A stretch of 64,000 bases of DNA from an uncultured archaeon (GTDB taxonomy: Archaea; Asgardarchaeota; Thorarchaeia; Thorarchaeales; Thorarchaeaceae), in assembly GCA_964558645.1 (NCBI GenBank), contig CAZLEV010000002.1, positions 320,001 to 384,000 on the forward strand. Direction: 5' to 3'. This document shows positions 51,201-60,851 of the stretch, piece after piece (the first letter of the stretch is position 1; each line of letters begins with the position of its first letter). Under the pieces are notes generated by a model. It saw only the letters and a program-made list of their open reading frames with translations, did not search any database and was not told where the DNA came from. The translations under genes and the position numbers were made by a program.

Positions 51201-54200
51201 CGCATTGTCCCAGAGCGCCTCGGTCGATGTATACTCCGCCCAGACGGTGACAGCACCAGGAGAGTCATTGGCGGGAGAGCAGGTATAGAAGAAATTGAAG
51301 AATCCGGATGAGTTAGTCGTCAGTCCATGATACGAGTCTATTGTCCCGTCCCCCCAGTCCCAGTAGAGTGTCACATTCTCCCCGGCTACTTCAGTACCGT
51401 CCAGAAAGGCAAGTTGACCGTATACCCAGACTGTTTCATTCAGATGATAGGATGTCGAGTTTACGCTGGTGGTCAGAGTCAGCTCATAGGGAATAAGATC
51501 CACATCGCGGTTCGCAGACTGAGCATCCGCCCATAGATCAGGTTTGCTACTGTTATACGATGCCCACAGGCGCACGGTCTCGAAACTGTCAGTCCCGACG
51601 CTTAGATTGTAGAAAAAGGTGAAAGCGCCGGCACTGTCTGTCAGTCTTGTGAAGTGATATGTCGATGTGGAGTTTTGGTAGGATATGGTGATTGTTGCAC
51701 CAGAGATAGGAGCACCGTTCTCATCGAAGGTCAGAGTGCCGGAGAACGTTATTATTTCATCGAGATGATACTCAGTACTATCGGTGTTAGCATTCAGGTT
51801 CAGCTGATACAGCTGAAGCGTAATAGCAGGAGTAAGAGTGCTGCTGGAATTGCCATACAGCCGACTCCAAGAAGTGAAAGCAACAGTGAGATTCACAGTA
51901 CTGGGGCCATCAGAGGTGTCAAGCTCGTACGTGAAGTTGTACCAGCCAGTTGAATTTGTGAGTCGCTGAAATGACTGTTGAAGGGTGCCGTTGTCCCAGT
52001 AGATATCAATTGTAGCACCGGAGATTGCGGTCCCGTTTGTGAACTGAAGTTGCCCCCAGATATACGCGGTCTCATTGAGATGGTAATAGGTGCTGTTTGA
52101 GAAGACAGAAACTGCCGTCGGATAGTAAGTGACCGTGATAGGGACATTATCTGATATGTCATCAGCGAAGACATCAGAGTCAGGGGCAAATTCTGCCCAG
52201 ATACTGAAGGTCTCATATCCATGGTCGAAGGGGATCTGATGGGTGAACTGGTACTGACGGTTTCCCCCGTCCGTCAACACAACTGTCAGATTATGCGGGC
52301 CCGTGCTATTGCCCCACCAGATTGTGACAGGTACACCTCCCAAGAGGGCGCCCATCTCAGGAACTGAAACATTCCCTGTGATATTCACATATTCAAGCGG
52401 ATGAAGCGTCGATTCATCAACATCTATCAACACTTCGGTGGTCCATTTCTCAACTGAGATTGTCATATTAGATGAACGACTGCCATCATATTCTGGATCC
52501 GACGAGATGAACTCAGACCAGTAGGTCACAGGACCAAGATAACCCACCGGTACTGTGTAGTTCAGTTCGTAATAGCCGCCATCTGTTGTATCCACTGTCC
52601 CAATCAACTGAGGGGTGGTTCCATTGTCCCAGTAGATATCAACTTCCTGACCAACAAGGCCAGAACCATTGAGAACATCTGTCAGATAGCCAAAGATTGT
52701 GATATTCTGGTAGGGATGGACTACTTCTGGGGCTCGTGGTGTTGAATCTATCGTGAGACTGCTTGCACGAATAGTGACTTCAATCTGAACTGTATTACTC
52801 CAGTTTCCAAGAATGCCTGACAGGGTAGCTGTCCAGTTGGCCACAGCATCATAGGTACCTGTTTCTTGCCCAGCTGGGATGGCATAAGAACCACTGAAGC
52901 CACCAGTAGAGTTGGTCAAGTCGGAGTCTACTAACACCCCATCAAAGAACATGTTGATGGTTTCGAAACTAAGAGGGGTGCCATTGAGCATCTCGGCACT
53001 TCCATCGTAGAGAAGGACAGCACCGGGATATGCACTTGTGGGTGTCACGGTGAGAGCGATCTCTATCTTCCCCCAGAGGGTGATTGTGGAGTTTTCTGCC
53101 GAACGTGCTGGAAGGAGGATCGGGATTCCCTCTTCGTTGTATTCTCCCGCATAGCTTGACCATACCTCATGTGGACCCGGCGCCATACGAGGGGCATTGG
53201 GGTCGACGAATATGTCAAGTTCATACGTGCCGTCCGCTTGGATTGTGGCATTGCCCATCCATGTTTCGTCCCACATGATCTGCATCTGGTCGTTGTTCAG
53301 GGTTGTCCCATCTACCGGTTCTCCCCCCACCGTCATGAGCCCATGGGCATGTACGGTATCCTCCCAAGCTCCGGTGTAATTGTCCAGACCCAGTTTGAGG
53401 TTCATATCTATCGTTTCGGCAGGGGAGAAGACAGCATCGGAAGATGAAGAGATGGGTTGCAGAGGATCCGGCTGAGCGACAACATAAAGCAGAGTAAAGT
53501 TTCGAACATCATAGGTTGGGGCGTGGTATGTGGCAGTGATGTTGTGGAGGCCAGGAGTTGCTCCCGGTTCATAGGTATAGGTGATATTTGCGAGAGGTAA
53601 CGTTGAGCCCTGCTCAATCATCGTACTACCCAACAGCATGTTATCAGTCAAATCACGAAAGACAATGAACTCTGATGTGGAGACAGGGACATAGTCAACC
53701 ATGAGGAGGGCACTCAGAGTGAATTCATCGCCTATCTCTACCCAACCTTCTGGAACATTCGCCCAGACCCATAGCTGAACATCCCCTTGTTCTACATTCT
53801 CGGGTATCTCATCTCCACCCATGTCAGGAGGGAGGGGGATTGGAAGTATCTGTCGCCATTCTCCACCTTCTGACGAGTCAGACATAGGGATGAAGACTTC
53901 GGCCCAGAACATCATGTGCTTCACCTTGAGAACACGATAGCCGTCCTGTGCATCACCGATTGCATAGCCCTTTGCGATCCGTGCAGGGATATCCAGGTAT
54001 CGCATGAAGACGCAATATGCGGTGGCAAAGTCCATGGGTAAACCACCACCTCGTTCCAAGAACCAATCAGTGACTTCTTGGTCTGAATCTGGACGTTCAA
54101 AGACCTCTGGTTCCTCGATCATGAGTTCGAACGTGCTCCGGAAGTAGCTTTCGACAACGGATGCAGTCTGAAAAGCATTATCGCCAACGTCCTCAAACTG

Positions 54201-55040
54201 AGTGATGTTGTCAATAACCCTTGTTGTCAACGATAGGCCAGCAAGAGTGGGAAGACCATATGTGTTGCGAATAGAGACCGGTGCTAGACTGCCTTCTAGA
54301 GCGCTTGCGGCCATATTGGCGAGATCTTGCTGCTCAAAGGTAATCTCATAGCTGATGAGAACATGCTCACCCGTCGGCGCCTCCAAGAGGGGACTGAAGA
54401 GCAGAGTACCATAGTCGTCCGTTTCTAGATCATACCGCACCAACCTGGATTCTGCATCTGGCTGGTAGCTTCCGGCTTCAACATGTCCCGTTGTGAAGGA
54501 GTCTTCGATTACCAGGATTGCGGGAAAGAGGGTGGGTAGTTCTATCTCACCAACATTGGGGCCTGCGGTCACGTTGATGACAACGGTGTATATCTCGTTA
54601 CCAAAGACTTCTGCCTGAGATCGAGTGATGATCTCAGGTCCCACGTCACGGATTGAGTCCCCCAGCGTCTTCCCCCAGCTCGAGCCGTCGTATTCGTCGT
54701 ATGCACCAGTCCGCCAGAGCTGAGGGGGGTGGTCGGGATAGACGTAGAAGACCACGTCATCTAAGTGATCAAGAATGTCGGGGGGGAGCTCTTGGTCCAT
54801 GGGAATGTCTGTGTAGTTGACATTCTCAAACCAGTTTGACTGCCCTCCAGCCCAGCTTATGTCATATGGCCAAGGAGTGACATCATCATACTGCTCATGT
54901 GGAGTATTCGTCCGAACTGCCCCCATCTGTATCACAATGAAGGTGTTTGCGGCCCATATGATTGTCAACAGAAGAAAGATAGAGCTGAGAATGGTTGTGA
55001 TACCCATCTTACGTTTGGGCTTGACTTCGGCGGCACTCAC
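48231..55040 (-). CDS. giant surface protein: transglutaminase-like domain (catalytic triad absent), many Ig-like repeats, TM, DUF4129-like C-terminus
   Basis: LWRTGAYDEYDG, FATAY..R.LDIPARIAKGY, WAEVF; repeated T(D/N)xxG Ig units; SETAREY...YEEARFS. Confidence 0.85.
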   Translation of the reverse strand: MSAAEVKPKRKMGITTILSSIFLLLTIIWAANTFIVIQMGAVRTNTPHEQYDDVTPWPYDISWAGGQSNWFENVNYTDIPMDQELPPDILDHLDDVVFYVYPDHPPQLWRTGAYDEYDGSSWGKTLGDSIRDVGPEIITRSQAEVFGNEIYTVVINVTAGPNVGEIELPTLFPAILVIEDSFTTGHVEAGSYQPDAESRLVRYDLETDDYGTLLFSPLLEAPTGEHVLISYEITFEQQDLANMAASALEGSLAPVSIRNTYGLPTLAGLSLTTRVIDNITQFEDVGDNAFQTASVVESYFRSTFELMIEEPEVFERPDSDQEVTDWFLERGGGLPMDFATAYCVFMRYLDIPARIAKGYAIGDAQDGYRVLKVKHMMFWAEVFIPMSDSSEGGEWRQILPIPLPPDMGGDEIPENVEQGDVQLWVWANVPEGWVEIGDEFTLSALLMVDYVPVSTSEFIVFRDLTDNMLLGSTMIEQGSTLPLANITYTYEPGATPGLHNITATYHAPTYDVRNFTLLYVVAQPDPLQPISSSSDAVFSPAETIDMNLKLGLDNYTGAWEDTVHAHGLMTVGGEPVDGTTLNNDQMQIMWDETWMGNATIQADGTYELDIFVDPNAPRMAPGPHEVWSSYAGEYNEEGIPILLPARSAENSTITLWGKIEIALTVTPTSAYPGAVLLYDGSAEMLNGTPLSFETINMFFDGVLVDSDLTNSTGGFSGSYAIPAGQETGTYDAVANWTATLSGILGNWSNTVQIEVTIRASSLTIDSTPRAPEVVHPYQNITIFGYLTDVLNGSGLVGQEVDIYWDNGTTPQLIGTVDTTDGGYYELNYTVPVGYLGPVTYWSEFISSDPEYDGSRSSNMTISVEKWTTEVLIDVDESTLHPLEYVNITGNVSVPEMGALLGGVPVTIWWGNSTGPHNLTVVLTDGGNRQYQFTHQIPFDHGYETFSIWAEFAPDSDVFADDISDNVPITVTYYPTAVSVFSNSTYYHLNETAYIWGQLQFTNGTAISGATIDIYWDNGTLQQSFQRLTNSTGWYNFTYELDTSDGPSTVNLTVAFTSWSRLYGNSSSTLTPAITLQLYQLNLNANTDSTEYHLDEIITFSGTLTFDENGAPISGATITISYQNSTSTYHFTRLTDSAGAFTFFYNLSVGTDSFETVRLWASYNSSKPDLWADAQSANRDVDLIPYELTLTTSVNSTSYHLNETVWVYGQLAFLDGTEVAGENVTLYWDWGDGTIDSYHGLTTNSSGFFNFFYTCSPANDSPGAVTVWAEYTSTEALWDNASSTPGVGFDLVLYQPTFSMDVPGAVYLDETLVIQGNLTYSSGTPPLTEADVRIYLFESGTWVLLDTVQTNSSGGFRYLYDFTLGDQSEGLYDFKCNYTSTSPLDANATSSLITVNAQRYLVNLDISISSSSVKLNESLSIYVHLYFSNGTDISGENVTIWWYNGTEYAIGWILTDENGEHTLNYTGFQEHTQWTGIEIYGTFAGTLLLSTNESIHEPLQLEQWQTLISGFMTGGSTDYYISDYIPLNGTLFYDLSGTDVPYANATLQIIFDGNNVGTVSTDPDGYFYIQWQIPQSTSPGIYDIWIELQPTENWIAGTTSDVSTLNISAMTIVWTIEATPSVVYREHSLNITGTMVLDNGTPYGFVDVDVYWDHSSDAEGQILLGTVQTDINGVFQYVFTLDSTTPLGTTIVWAYCLPPDSFVSPSQSDSMSVDIQLIPVTIAADSISTSLYRGEDVIVTGTLSFGNGSAMVGYTVELVWDGSVEATSPTNSSGGFTLSFEIPWDHWLGEVPFVVTFVSPSDAYEDAQTSPQILQVRDLVVITLDEQSVFTLERGDTLTITGTASNEGGAAVDITILVYANGSSTGQSAVTDTAGEFSIDIIIPQDAQPAIYEITVTAESSLVDVESSPDFWTVEIHLRSELSVDLLTNEDVMPGETIRIVIRLLDEDGNAIDGTVLLFLNDTELGSRRINSPNWTTITITIPLDWSGASGLYFVNIAYDGGGFINGDEAQSTGAIHVFIGADLDNATPERIQYGNDLIISGTLYNDGGSTRLPIAGRTLVISIGGREETAVTDDNGNFSHRWLGQLGNGSITYTITILSDANNMTVGSYTLQIQTNTGGFMQSLIDILVPSIALAGAVIVVLLYLYYVKGMFRSPTKRTGMDIPSKLRNIKKLAGAGKYGQSITLAYRTFEQMCGMKIGSERLASETAREYLDRVLKSLPLDSADAEQFMYIYEEARFSGSEMSREQYEEAVRIFTDIYPRIDVGAMSE

Positions 55041-55238
55041 CAGGTTTTCACTCTCATAGACTCAGCGTGCACATTCTCAGTATGGAGATGGCGGTCTCTG
55101 ACTAGTCCGGTTCGATGTGTCTTCCTGAGGATTAAAGGATTTCTTGTCCAGTCTCAACAGCATCGCTGAAGAAGACGCCTACAGAGCGAAAGAGCCAAGA
55201 AACCGAGCTCTTGCTAGAAGATAAGATGGTGAAGGTCC

Positions 55239-55847
55239 TTGAACGATTATCTTGAGACAATTCATGAGAGAGTCAAAGCTGCATTACAGGGTAACGAGCT
55301 GGGAGCACATACCTATGACCATTCATTGCGTGTTCTCAGGATTGCCTTCAGAATAGGTCATGAAGAAGGTGCTGATCTGAGAGTTTTGTCTGCAGCTGCA
55401 CTGCTCCACGACATCGGTCGAGTACGGGAGAGGGAGACTGGTACATCCCACGCCGTCCTGTCAGGACAGATGGCACGGCCAGTCCTCGAGGAAGCAGGCT
55501 ATGCAGATGATGAGGTTTCTCTTGTCGTTGACGCAATCAGAACACACCGCTTCAGCGAAGGACTGACTCCAAACACTCTGGAGGGGAAAATACTGAGTGA
55601 TGCGGATAAGCTGGATGCTATGGGGGCCATAGGAGCATATCGTGCAATTGCTCAATCGGCAATCACTGGTGTTGGTATAGAGGGCTTCTTGAAACACGCA
55701 GACGAGAAGCTGCTTCGACTCTATGAACTCCTCTACACTCAGACAGCAAAGCAGCTAGGCAAGCAGCGTCATCGTATCCTGGAGATGCTTGTTGAAGAGA
55801 TGAGAAGAGAGGTTGCTTCCACAGAACAGACTATGATTCAGGACTGA
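55239..55847 (+). CDS. HD domain phosphohydrolase
   Basis: HTYDHSLRV, LLHDIGR, HRF, DADKLDAMG. Confidence 0.9.
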   Translation: MNDYLETIHERVKAALQGNELGAHTYDHSLRVLRIAFRIGHEEGADLRVLSAAALLHDIGRVRERETGTSHAVLSGQMARPVLEEAGYADDEVSLVVDAIRTHRFSEGLTPNTLEGKILSDADKLDAMGAIGAYRAIAQSAITGVGIEGFLKHADEKLLRLYELLYTQTAKQLGKQRHRILEMLVEEMRREVASTEQTMIQD

Positions 55848-56409
55848 GCAGTAGTTCCAGATAAGACAGTCGTACTGAACGCTCAGGATCCAATCCCAAG
55901 CTCTCTGCCAGTTCAAGCAGATGGTCTCGTTTCGCTTCAATCTGAGACTCATACTCGGTCTCGGTCTCGAGTTCTATGAAATGGCCGAGAGAGTCCACTC
56001 TATCCACTGAAACGTGAGTTCCCTGCAAGAGATAGTCATGCCGCTCCTTGCGCACTGTATGGACCTTAGTGAAGCCCAATGCGAGCAGTAATGACTCGGC
56101 AAACTCTCCCTTGTCAATGGGTACCGAAATCTCAACCCTTGTCTTGGACTTGTCATCGACCTTGGGCCCCTTATAGGTCAACTCGATATGAGGAGGGGAG
56201 CTCGTGCCCGCATCAGATTCGGGGCGCTGATATCTGATTCGTAGGGCCTCATCAGTCTCGGCAAAGGCCCGACAGGGATGATCATAGTAGATATCCTCTT
56301 GGAAGACTGATTCAGCCCTTGTCCCGCCCGCATCCATTAACCGTTCTATCACGTTTTCTACCTGATCTTCGAACACTCTGAACTTGGTCTCGACTTCGAA
56401 CACATTCAT
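55831..56409 (-). CDS. cyaB: CYTH domain protein (class IV adenylate cyclase family)
   Basis: EVETK, QEDIYY, ALRIR, LTYKGPK, VRKER, FIELE. Confidence 0.9.
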   Translation of the reverse strand: MNVFEVETKFRVFEDQVENVIERLMDAGGTRAESVFQEDIYYDHPCRAFAETDEALRIRYQRPESDAGTSSPPHIELTYKGPKVDDKSKTRVEISVPIDKGEFAESLLLALGFTKVHTVRKERHDYLLQGTHVSVDRVDSLGHFIELETETEYESQIEAKRDHLLELAESLGLDPERSVRLSYLELLLSPES

Positions 56410-56514
56410 GTAGGTCACCTTGTTCTCAAGACTCCTGTGCGCCATACCCGTTGTTGCACCGAGGCCGTAACTCACTTAACCATGGATATATGTCGTGCAT
56501 ATGTTGGTGACGGT

Positions 56515-57762
56515 TTGGCCAAATACAAGCAAATACAGTGTGCGGGATGTGGAAAGACCTATGACTTCAATGAAGTGCCCCCCAATGATGGGTGCGGAGG
56601 ACGGATAGACTTCCATCTCGATATCGATACACTTCGGAATGCAACTGAAAAAGAACGAGACAAAGCAACTGCTGGTATATGGAAGTACTTCGATTTCTTA
56701 CCGCTTCGTCACAGAAACAACGGATTGACTCTGGGAGAAGGTAACACACCATTGGTGAGGAGTCAAAGACTTGCCGCATATCTCGGGGTGAAGAATCTAC
56801 ACTTGAAGATCGAAACAATGAACCCCTCCGGATCATTCAAAGACAGACCAATCTGTGTCGGCGTGAGCCGTGCTGCAGAAGACGGAGTGAAGACCGTAGC
56901 TGCGGCATCGTCAGGTAATGCCGCTGCTTCGATGGCAACGTATGCCGCTCGAGCAGGGCTTGATGCCGTTGTTCTTGTACCCGAAAAGACACCAGTCGGC
57001 AAGACAGTCCATCTGCAGACACTGGGAGCCCACGTCTTTAGGGTCAAGAAGGAAGAAGAGGGGGTGGATCCGACAACCACGCTCCTCAAGAAAGCATGCA
57101 ACGAGTTTGGCTGGGTACCGGTTCCGTCCTTCGGACCTTTCAACTGCTTTCAGTTCGAGGGAAACAAGACAATCGGATATGAGGTGTCAGAGCAGATGGA
57201 ATGGAAACCCCCAGATTGGATCCTCTTTCCCACAGGTAGCGGGGGGCTGATGGCAGGTACGATGAAGGGGTTCGTCGAATACGAAGAGCTTGGCTTCATA
57301 GAAGATATACCACGACCTGTTGTGGTTCAACCAGAGGGCTGTTCACCTATAGTGCGTGCCTTCAAAGAGCAGGTTGAGCCGAATAATATCATGCCCTGGG
57401 ATTCGAATGAGACTGTCGCAGGAGGGCTCGCAGACCCCTTTCCTTGGGATGGGGACGCAGCGCTCAAGTACCTAGATGACCTCGAAGGGGAGGCAGTCTC
57501 AGTCACTGATGAGAAGATAAAGGAGTATATGCTTCGTCTTGCCACCCTTGAGGGGATATTTGCGGAGCCAAGTGGAGTCGCGGCACTGGCAGGTCTCGAA
57601 GTTCTGCTCTCCGATGGAGTCATCGACTTAAGAGATTCAGTATTAGTGCCAATAACCGGTTCGGGGTTCAAAGATCTCGCCCTCGCTCAGACCCTTACTC
57701 CTGAAGCTCCTATAATCAGACCAGGAACAGAAGATCTCAGCAAGCATCTTGGAGCAGACTAG
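56515..57762 (+). CDS. thrC: threonine synthase
   Basis: TLGEGNTPL, NPSGSFKDR, ASSGNA, EGNKT, PTGSGG, AEPS, TGSGFKD; TTG start after GGTGA. Confidence 0.88.
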   Translation: MAKYKQIQCAGCGKTYDFNEVPPNDGCGGRIDFHLDIDTLRNATEKERDKATAGIWKYFDFLPLRHRNNGLTLGEGNTPLVRSQRLAAYLGVKNLHLKIETMNPSGSFKDRPICVGVSRAAEDGVKTVAAASSGNAAASMATYAARAGLDAVVLVPEKTPVGKTVHLQTLGAHVFRVKKEEEGVDPTTTLLKKACNEFGWVPVPSFGPFNCFQFEGNKTIGYEVSEQMEWKPPDWILFPTGSGGLMAGTMKGFVEYEELGFIEDIPRPVVVQPEGCSPIVRAFKEQVEPNNIMPWDSNETVAGGLADPFPWDGDAALKYLDDLEGEAVSVTDEKIKEYMLRLATLEGIFAEPSGVAALAGLEVLLSDGVIDLRDSVLVPITGSGFKDLALAQTLTPEAPIIRPGTEDLSKHLGAD

Positions 57763-57763
57763 C

Positions 57764-58213
57764 ATGAATGCGGAGATGGGGCAATTCATGGGTGAAGCTA
57801 TCCGAGAAGCAGAGAAGAGCCTAGAAGAGGGTGGAATTCCTATTGGCTCGGTTCTAGTGATTGACGGAGAGATAGTTGGTAGAGGACACAACAGACGCGT
57901 ACAGAAAGGAAGCGCCATTCTTCATGCAGAGATGGACTGTCTTGAAAATGCGGGCAGAAGGCCTGCCGCCGAGTATAGATGCTCTGCTCTCTATTCAACA
58001 TTATCTCCATGTGATATGTGTAGCGGAGCGCTATTGCTGTACGGAATACCCAAGGTCGTAATCGGTGAGAACAAGAATTTCAGCGGGCCCGAAGACTATC
58101 TGAGAGAGCGCGGAGTCAACGTAGTCGTCCTCGATGACACACGATGTGTTACATTGATGGAGAGCTTCATCAAATCCAGACCGGATGTCTGGAGAGAGGA
58201 TATTGGAGAGTGA
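57764..58213 (+). CDS. cytosine/nucleoside deaminase (FCY1-like)
   Basis: GRGHN, HAEMD, LSPCDMC, WREDIGE. Confidence 0.9.
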   Translation: MNAEMGQFMGEAIREAEKSLEEGGIPIGSVLVIDGEIVGRGHNRRVQKGSAILHAEMDCLENAGRRPAAEYRCSALYSTLSPCDMCSGALLLYGIPKVVIGENKNFSGPEDYLRERGVNVVVLDDTRCVTLMESFIKSRPDVWREDIGE

Positions 58214-58246
58214 GGCTCTCCGAGTTGCGGTCGGTGGTAGTGATTC

Positions 58247-59215
58247 ATGAAGACAAGGGATAGGAAACAGAAAGCGAGGGAACTGGCACAGAGATTCGGA
58301 TATCTTCCCTACATGACCGAGAGATACCTGGCCCTCTGGGGAGAGAACGAAACAGTGGAGTTCCTGCAGGCATGTGAGAAACCCCCCAGAACATCAATTC
58401 GAGTCAACACCCTGAAGACGAAAAAGGACGAGCTCATAGAAGCACTCGACGCGAAGAATGTGGCTCTGGAGGAGATTCCATGGCTCGAAGAGGGCCTGTA
58501 TGCCGACTTCAAAGGATTCTCCCCAGGTTCGCTCACAGAGTATATGCTAGGACACTACTACGTCCAAGGAGTCCCTTCGATGGCTGTTGCGAAGGCGCTT
58601 GATCCTCAACTGGACGAAACGGTCTTCGACTTGGCGGCTGCACCGGGAGGGAAGACAACTCACATTGCTCAGCTGATGAATAACTCAGGCAGAGTCGTTG
58701 CCATCGAACAGGACCGTGAGAGAATCAGGAGCCTTGAAAGCAACATCCTCCGTTGCGGAGTAAAGAATTCGATTGTTCTGAGAGGAGATGCCCGCAAATT
58801 GGATGAGCTTGACATAGAACCGGACAGAATTCTGTTGGATGCTCCCTGTTCCGGGGAAGGGCTCCTAGCGGTTGACCCCGAACGTAAGACCAGCAAGAGC
58901 ATGGCTGATATCAGATTCTGTGCCACTATCGAGGATCAGCTCCTTGACGCAGCAGTCCAATCCCTCCGCCCGGGCGGAGTCATTCTCTACTCGACATGTT
59001 CCATTGCACCTGAGGAGGGCGAGTACATTGTGGATGGAATGCTACGTAAGCATCCGAATCTCAAACTCGTTGACATTGAACCGGAGATGGGTGTACCTGC
59101 TTTCACATCTCCATATGGTGTACAGATGGACGAGTCATTAGAGAAGGCAAGAAGGTTGCTACCGCACCTACACGGAACTGAGGGATTTTTCGTTTGCAAG
59201 ATGATGAAGGATTGA
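58247..59215 (+). CDS. RsmB/NOL1/NOP2 family RNA m5C methyltransferase
   Basis: IRVNTLK, DLAAAPGGKT, LLDAPCSGEG, YSTCS, GFF. Confidence 0.95.
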   Translation: MKTRDRKQKARELAQRFGYLPYMTERYLALWGENETVEFLQACEKPPRTSIRVNTLKTKKDELIEALDAKNVALEEIPWLEEGLYADFKGFSPGSLTEYMLGHYYVQGVPSMAVAKALDPQLDETVFDLAAAPGGKTTHIAQLMNNSGRVVAIEQDRERIRSLESNILRCGVKNSIVLRGDARKLDELDIEPDRILLDAPCSGEGLLAVDPERKTSKSMADIRFCATIEDQLLDAAVQSLRPGGVILYSTCSIAPEEGEYIVDGMLRKHPNLKLVDIEPEMGVPAFTSPYGVQMDESLEKARRLLPHLHGTEGFFVCKMMKD

Positions 59216-59280
59216 AATGACCATGAAATGGATCTCAACAACTCCGCAACCAGATCAGAAAAGAATGACGAGGGAAACGC

Positions 59281-59820
59281 ATGGTTAGTCTTATTGAACC
59301 ACACTTCTGGGATGACATTAAGAGACAGATTGACAGAGACTTCGGAGAAGGAGTGACACAGAAACTACTGGGAAAGAGAGCCCCTGTGGTCATCGAACGT
59401 GGAAAGAAGCAGTCGGTCTATTTCATCCCGATGGATTGGGTCCAGCTCGTTGACTCTGATTTTGGAACCTTCAGGCTTCGATACCTTGGGACTTGGCTCG
59501 GCGAGATGTCGGGAGATACGCTCATGCTCAGCATCGGCATTCTTGCAGAACTGGACCCTTTGACTGACAGCAAGATAACAGTACATAGAAGGGGTGCAGA
59601 GGCATTCACCTATGGAAGAAGCATTCTAAAGGAGTCTGTGTTCTCTCTTCCGAGTCATCTAAGCCGCGGACAACGTGTCCTTGTCATCGATGAGCATGGT
59701 GCCTGTATTGGACTAGCTGCTCTGGCCATTGATGCATCACTTCTTGACCGCTTGGGAAAGGAGAAGCTTGTGGCCAAGAATCTCGTTGATATCGGCTGGT
59801 ATCTAAGACGCTATAGTTAG
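59281..59820 (+). CDS. nip7: NIP7-like PUA domain ribosome biogenesis protein
   Basis: FTYGRSI, C-terminal DIGWYLR; follows NOP2-like gene. Confidence 0.75.
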   Translation: MVSLIEPHFWDDIKRQIDRDFGEGVTQKLLGKRAPVVIERGKKQSVYFIPMDWVQLVDSDFGTFRLRYLGTWLGEMSGDTLMLSIGILAELDPLTDSKITVHRRGAEAFTYGRSILKESVFSLPSHLSRGQRVLVIDEHGACIGLAALAIDASLLDRLGKEKLVAKNLVDIGWYLRRYS

Positions 59821-60560
59821 ACGAACATGTCCGTGGAACGATCTTCGGACTCTATGGACTTTCGCATCTTTTCCAAGCGTTCGATCTCCTTGCTCTCCTC
59901 AAGGAGCTGGTCTACGTCTGCATCCAACCCGTATACTTCGTTGATCTTGCCGAGCATAGCAGCCGCTGAGCGCGGGTCGGGCCTACCACGAGTGGCATAG
60001 GTCAAGAGGCCAAGTGCAGGTGCGTTGCGCATCTCGAGTTCGGCCAGAAGGAGAGCCAAGGGTCCGGCCACGAATAGACCTTCCTCCAAGACCGGGACAT
60101 TCCACTTCTCCAGCTGCGGAGCATAGGCGGATGTGGGAACGCATCGCATATCCTCATCATCTTCTTGGAAACTGGCATCCAGCCCGCCCAGAAGAAGTAT
60201 GTCTGCGAATTGATGTATACTGATCCATTCAGCAAGACGGCCGACAAAATTCCATTGTTCTGACTGATGAGGCTGGAAACGCGGGACGAGGAATACAATC
60301 TTCTCGTGGATATATATCTCGAAGGGTAGAACTAGTTTCTCTTCTTCTATGGAAACAAAGAGGGGGAGCATGTCGCTACGTATGAAGCCAATCCGTTGAG
60401 CATCCAGTGTCCGAGCTAGATGCGCAGTGCTCAAGAATCCGACTTCGCCAAGTCCGTGGAATCCACATACAAATGTAGCATTCTTGGGTATCTTGACCCC
60501 TTCTTTCAGAATTATCCCGAAATGCGAATCCCTTGTTGATACGAATGCCATTGCGGTCAA
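59817..60560 (-). CDS. PAC2 family proteasome assembly chaperone
   Basis: GFHGLGEVG, LLGG, PDPRSAA, C-term DMFV. Confidence 0.88.
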   Translation of the reverse strand: MTAMAFVSTRDSHFGIILKEGVKIPKNATFVCGFHGLGEVGFLSTAHLARTLDAQRIGFIRSDMLPLFVSIEEEKLVLPFEIYIHEKIVFLVPRFQPHQSEQWNFVGRLAEWISIHQFADILLLGGLDASFQEDDEDMRCVPTSAYAPQLEKWNVPVLEEGLFVAGPLALLLAELEMRNAPALGLLTYATRGRPDPRSAAAMLGKINEVYGLDADVDQLLEESKEIERLEKMRKSIESEDRSTDMFV

Positions 60561-60851
60561 ACCTCATGTCTTCAAACGGACAGTCTCACGTAGACTATCT
60601 GTGTTCATCAAGGAGGCACTGAGGACGTCCTTTTGTATCTGTGTATCATGCCGTTCTTGCAGGCATCATTGAGTAGCCCCGTCAGAAACCTCGCCACTTC
60701 ACCAGCACCTATCATGATTCGCAGACCGAATCGCTCACTTTCTTCATTCATTGGAGACCCGGACTTTTTGTCGAGAGAGAATGCGAAAAACTAATAGCAA
60801 TTGATAAGCTCTACTATATACTGGATACGCTATCAGGGGGGCTAGACCACC

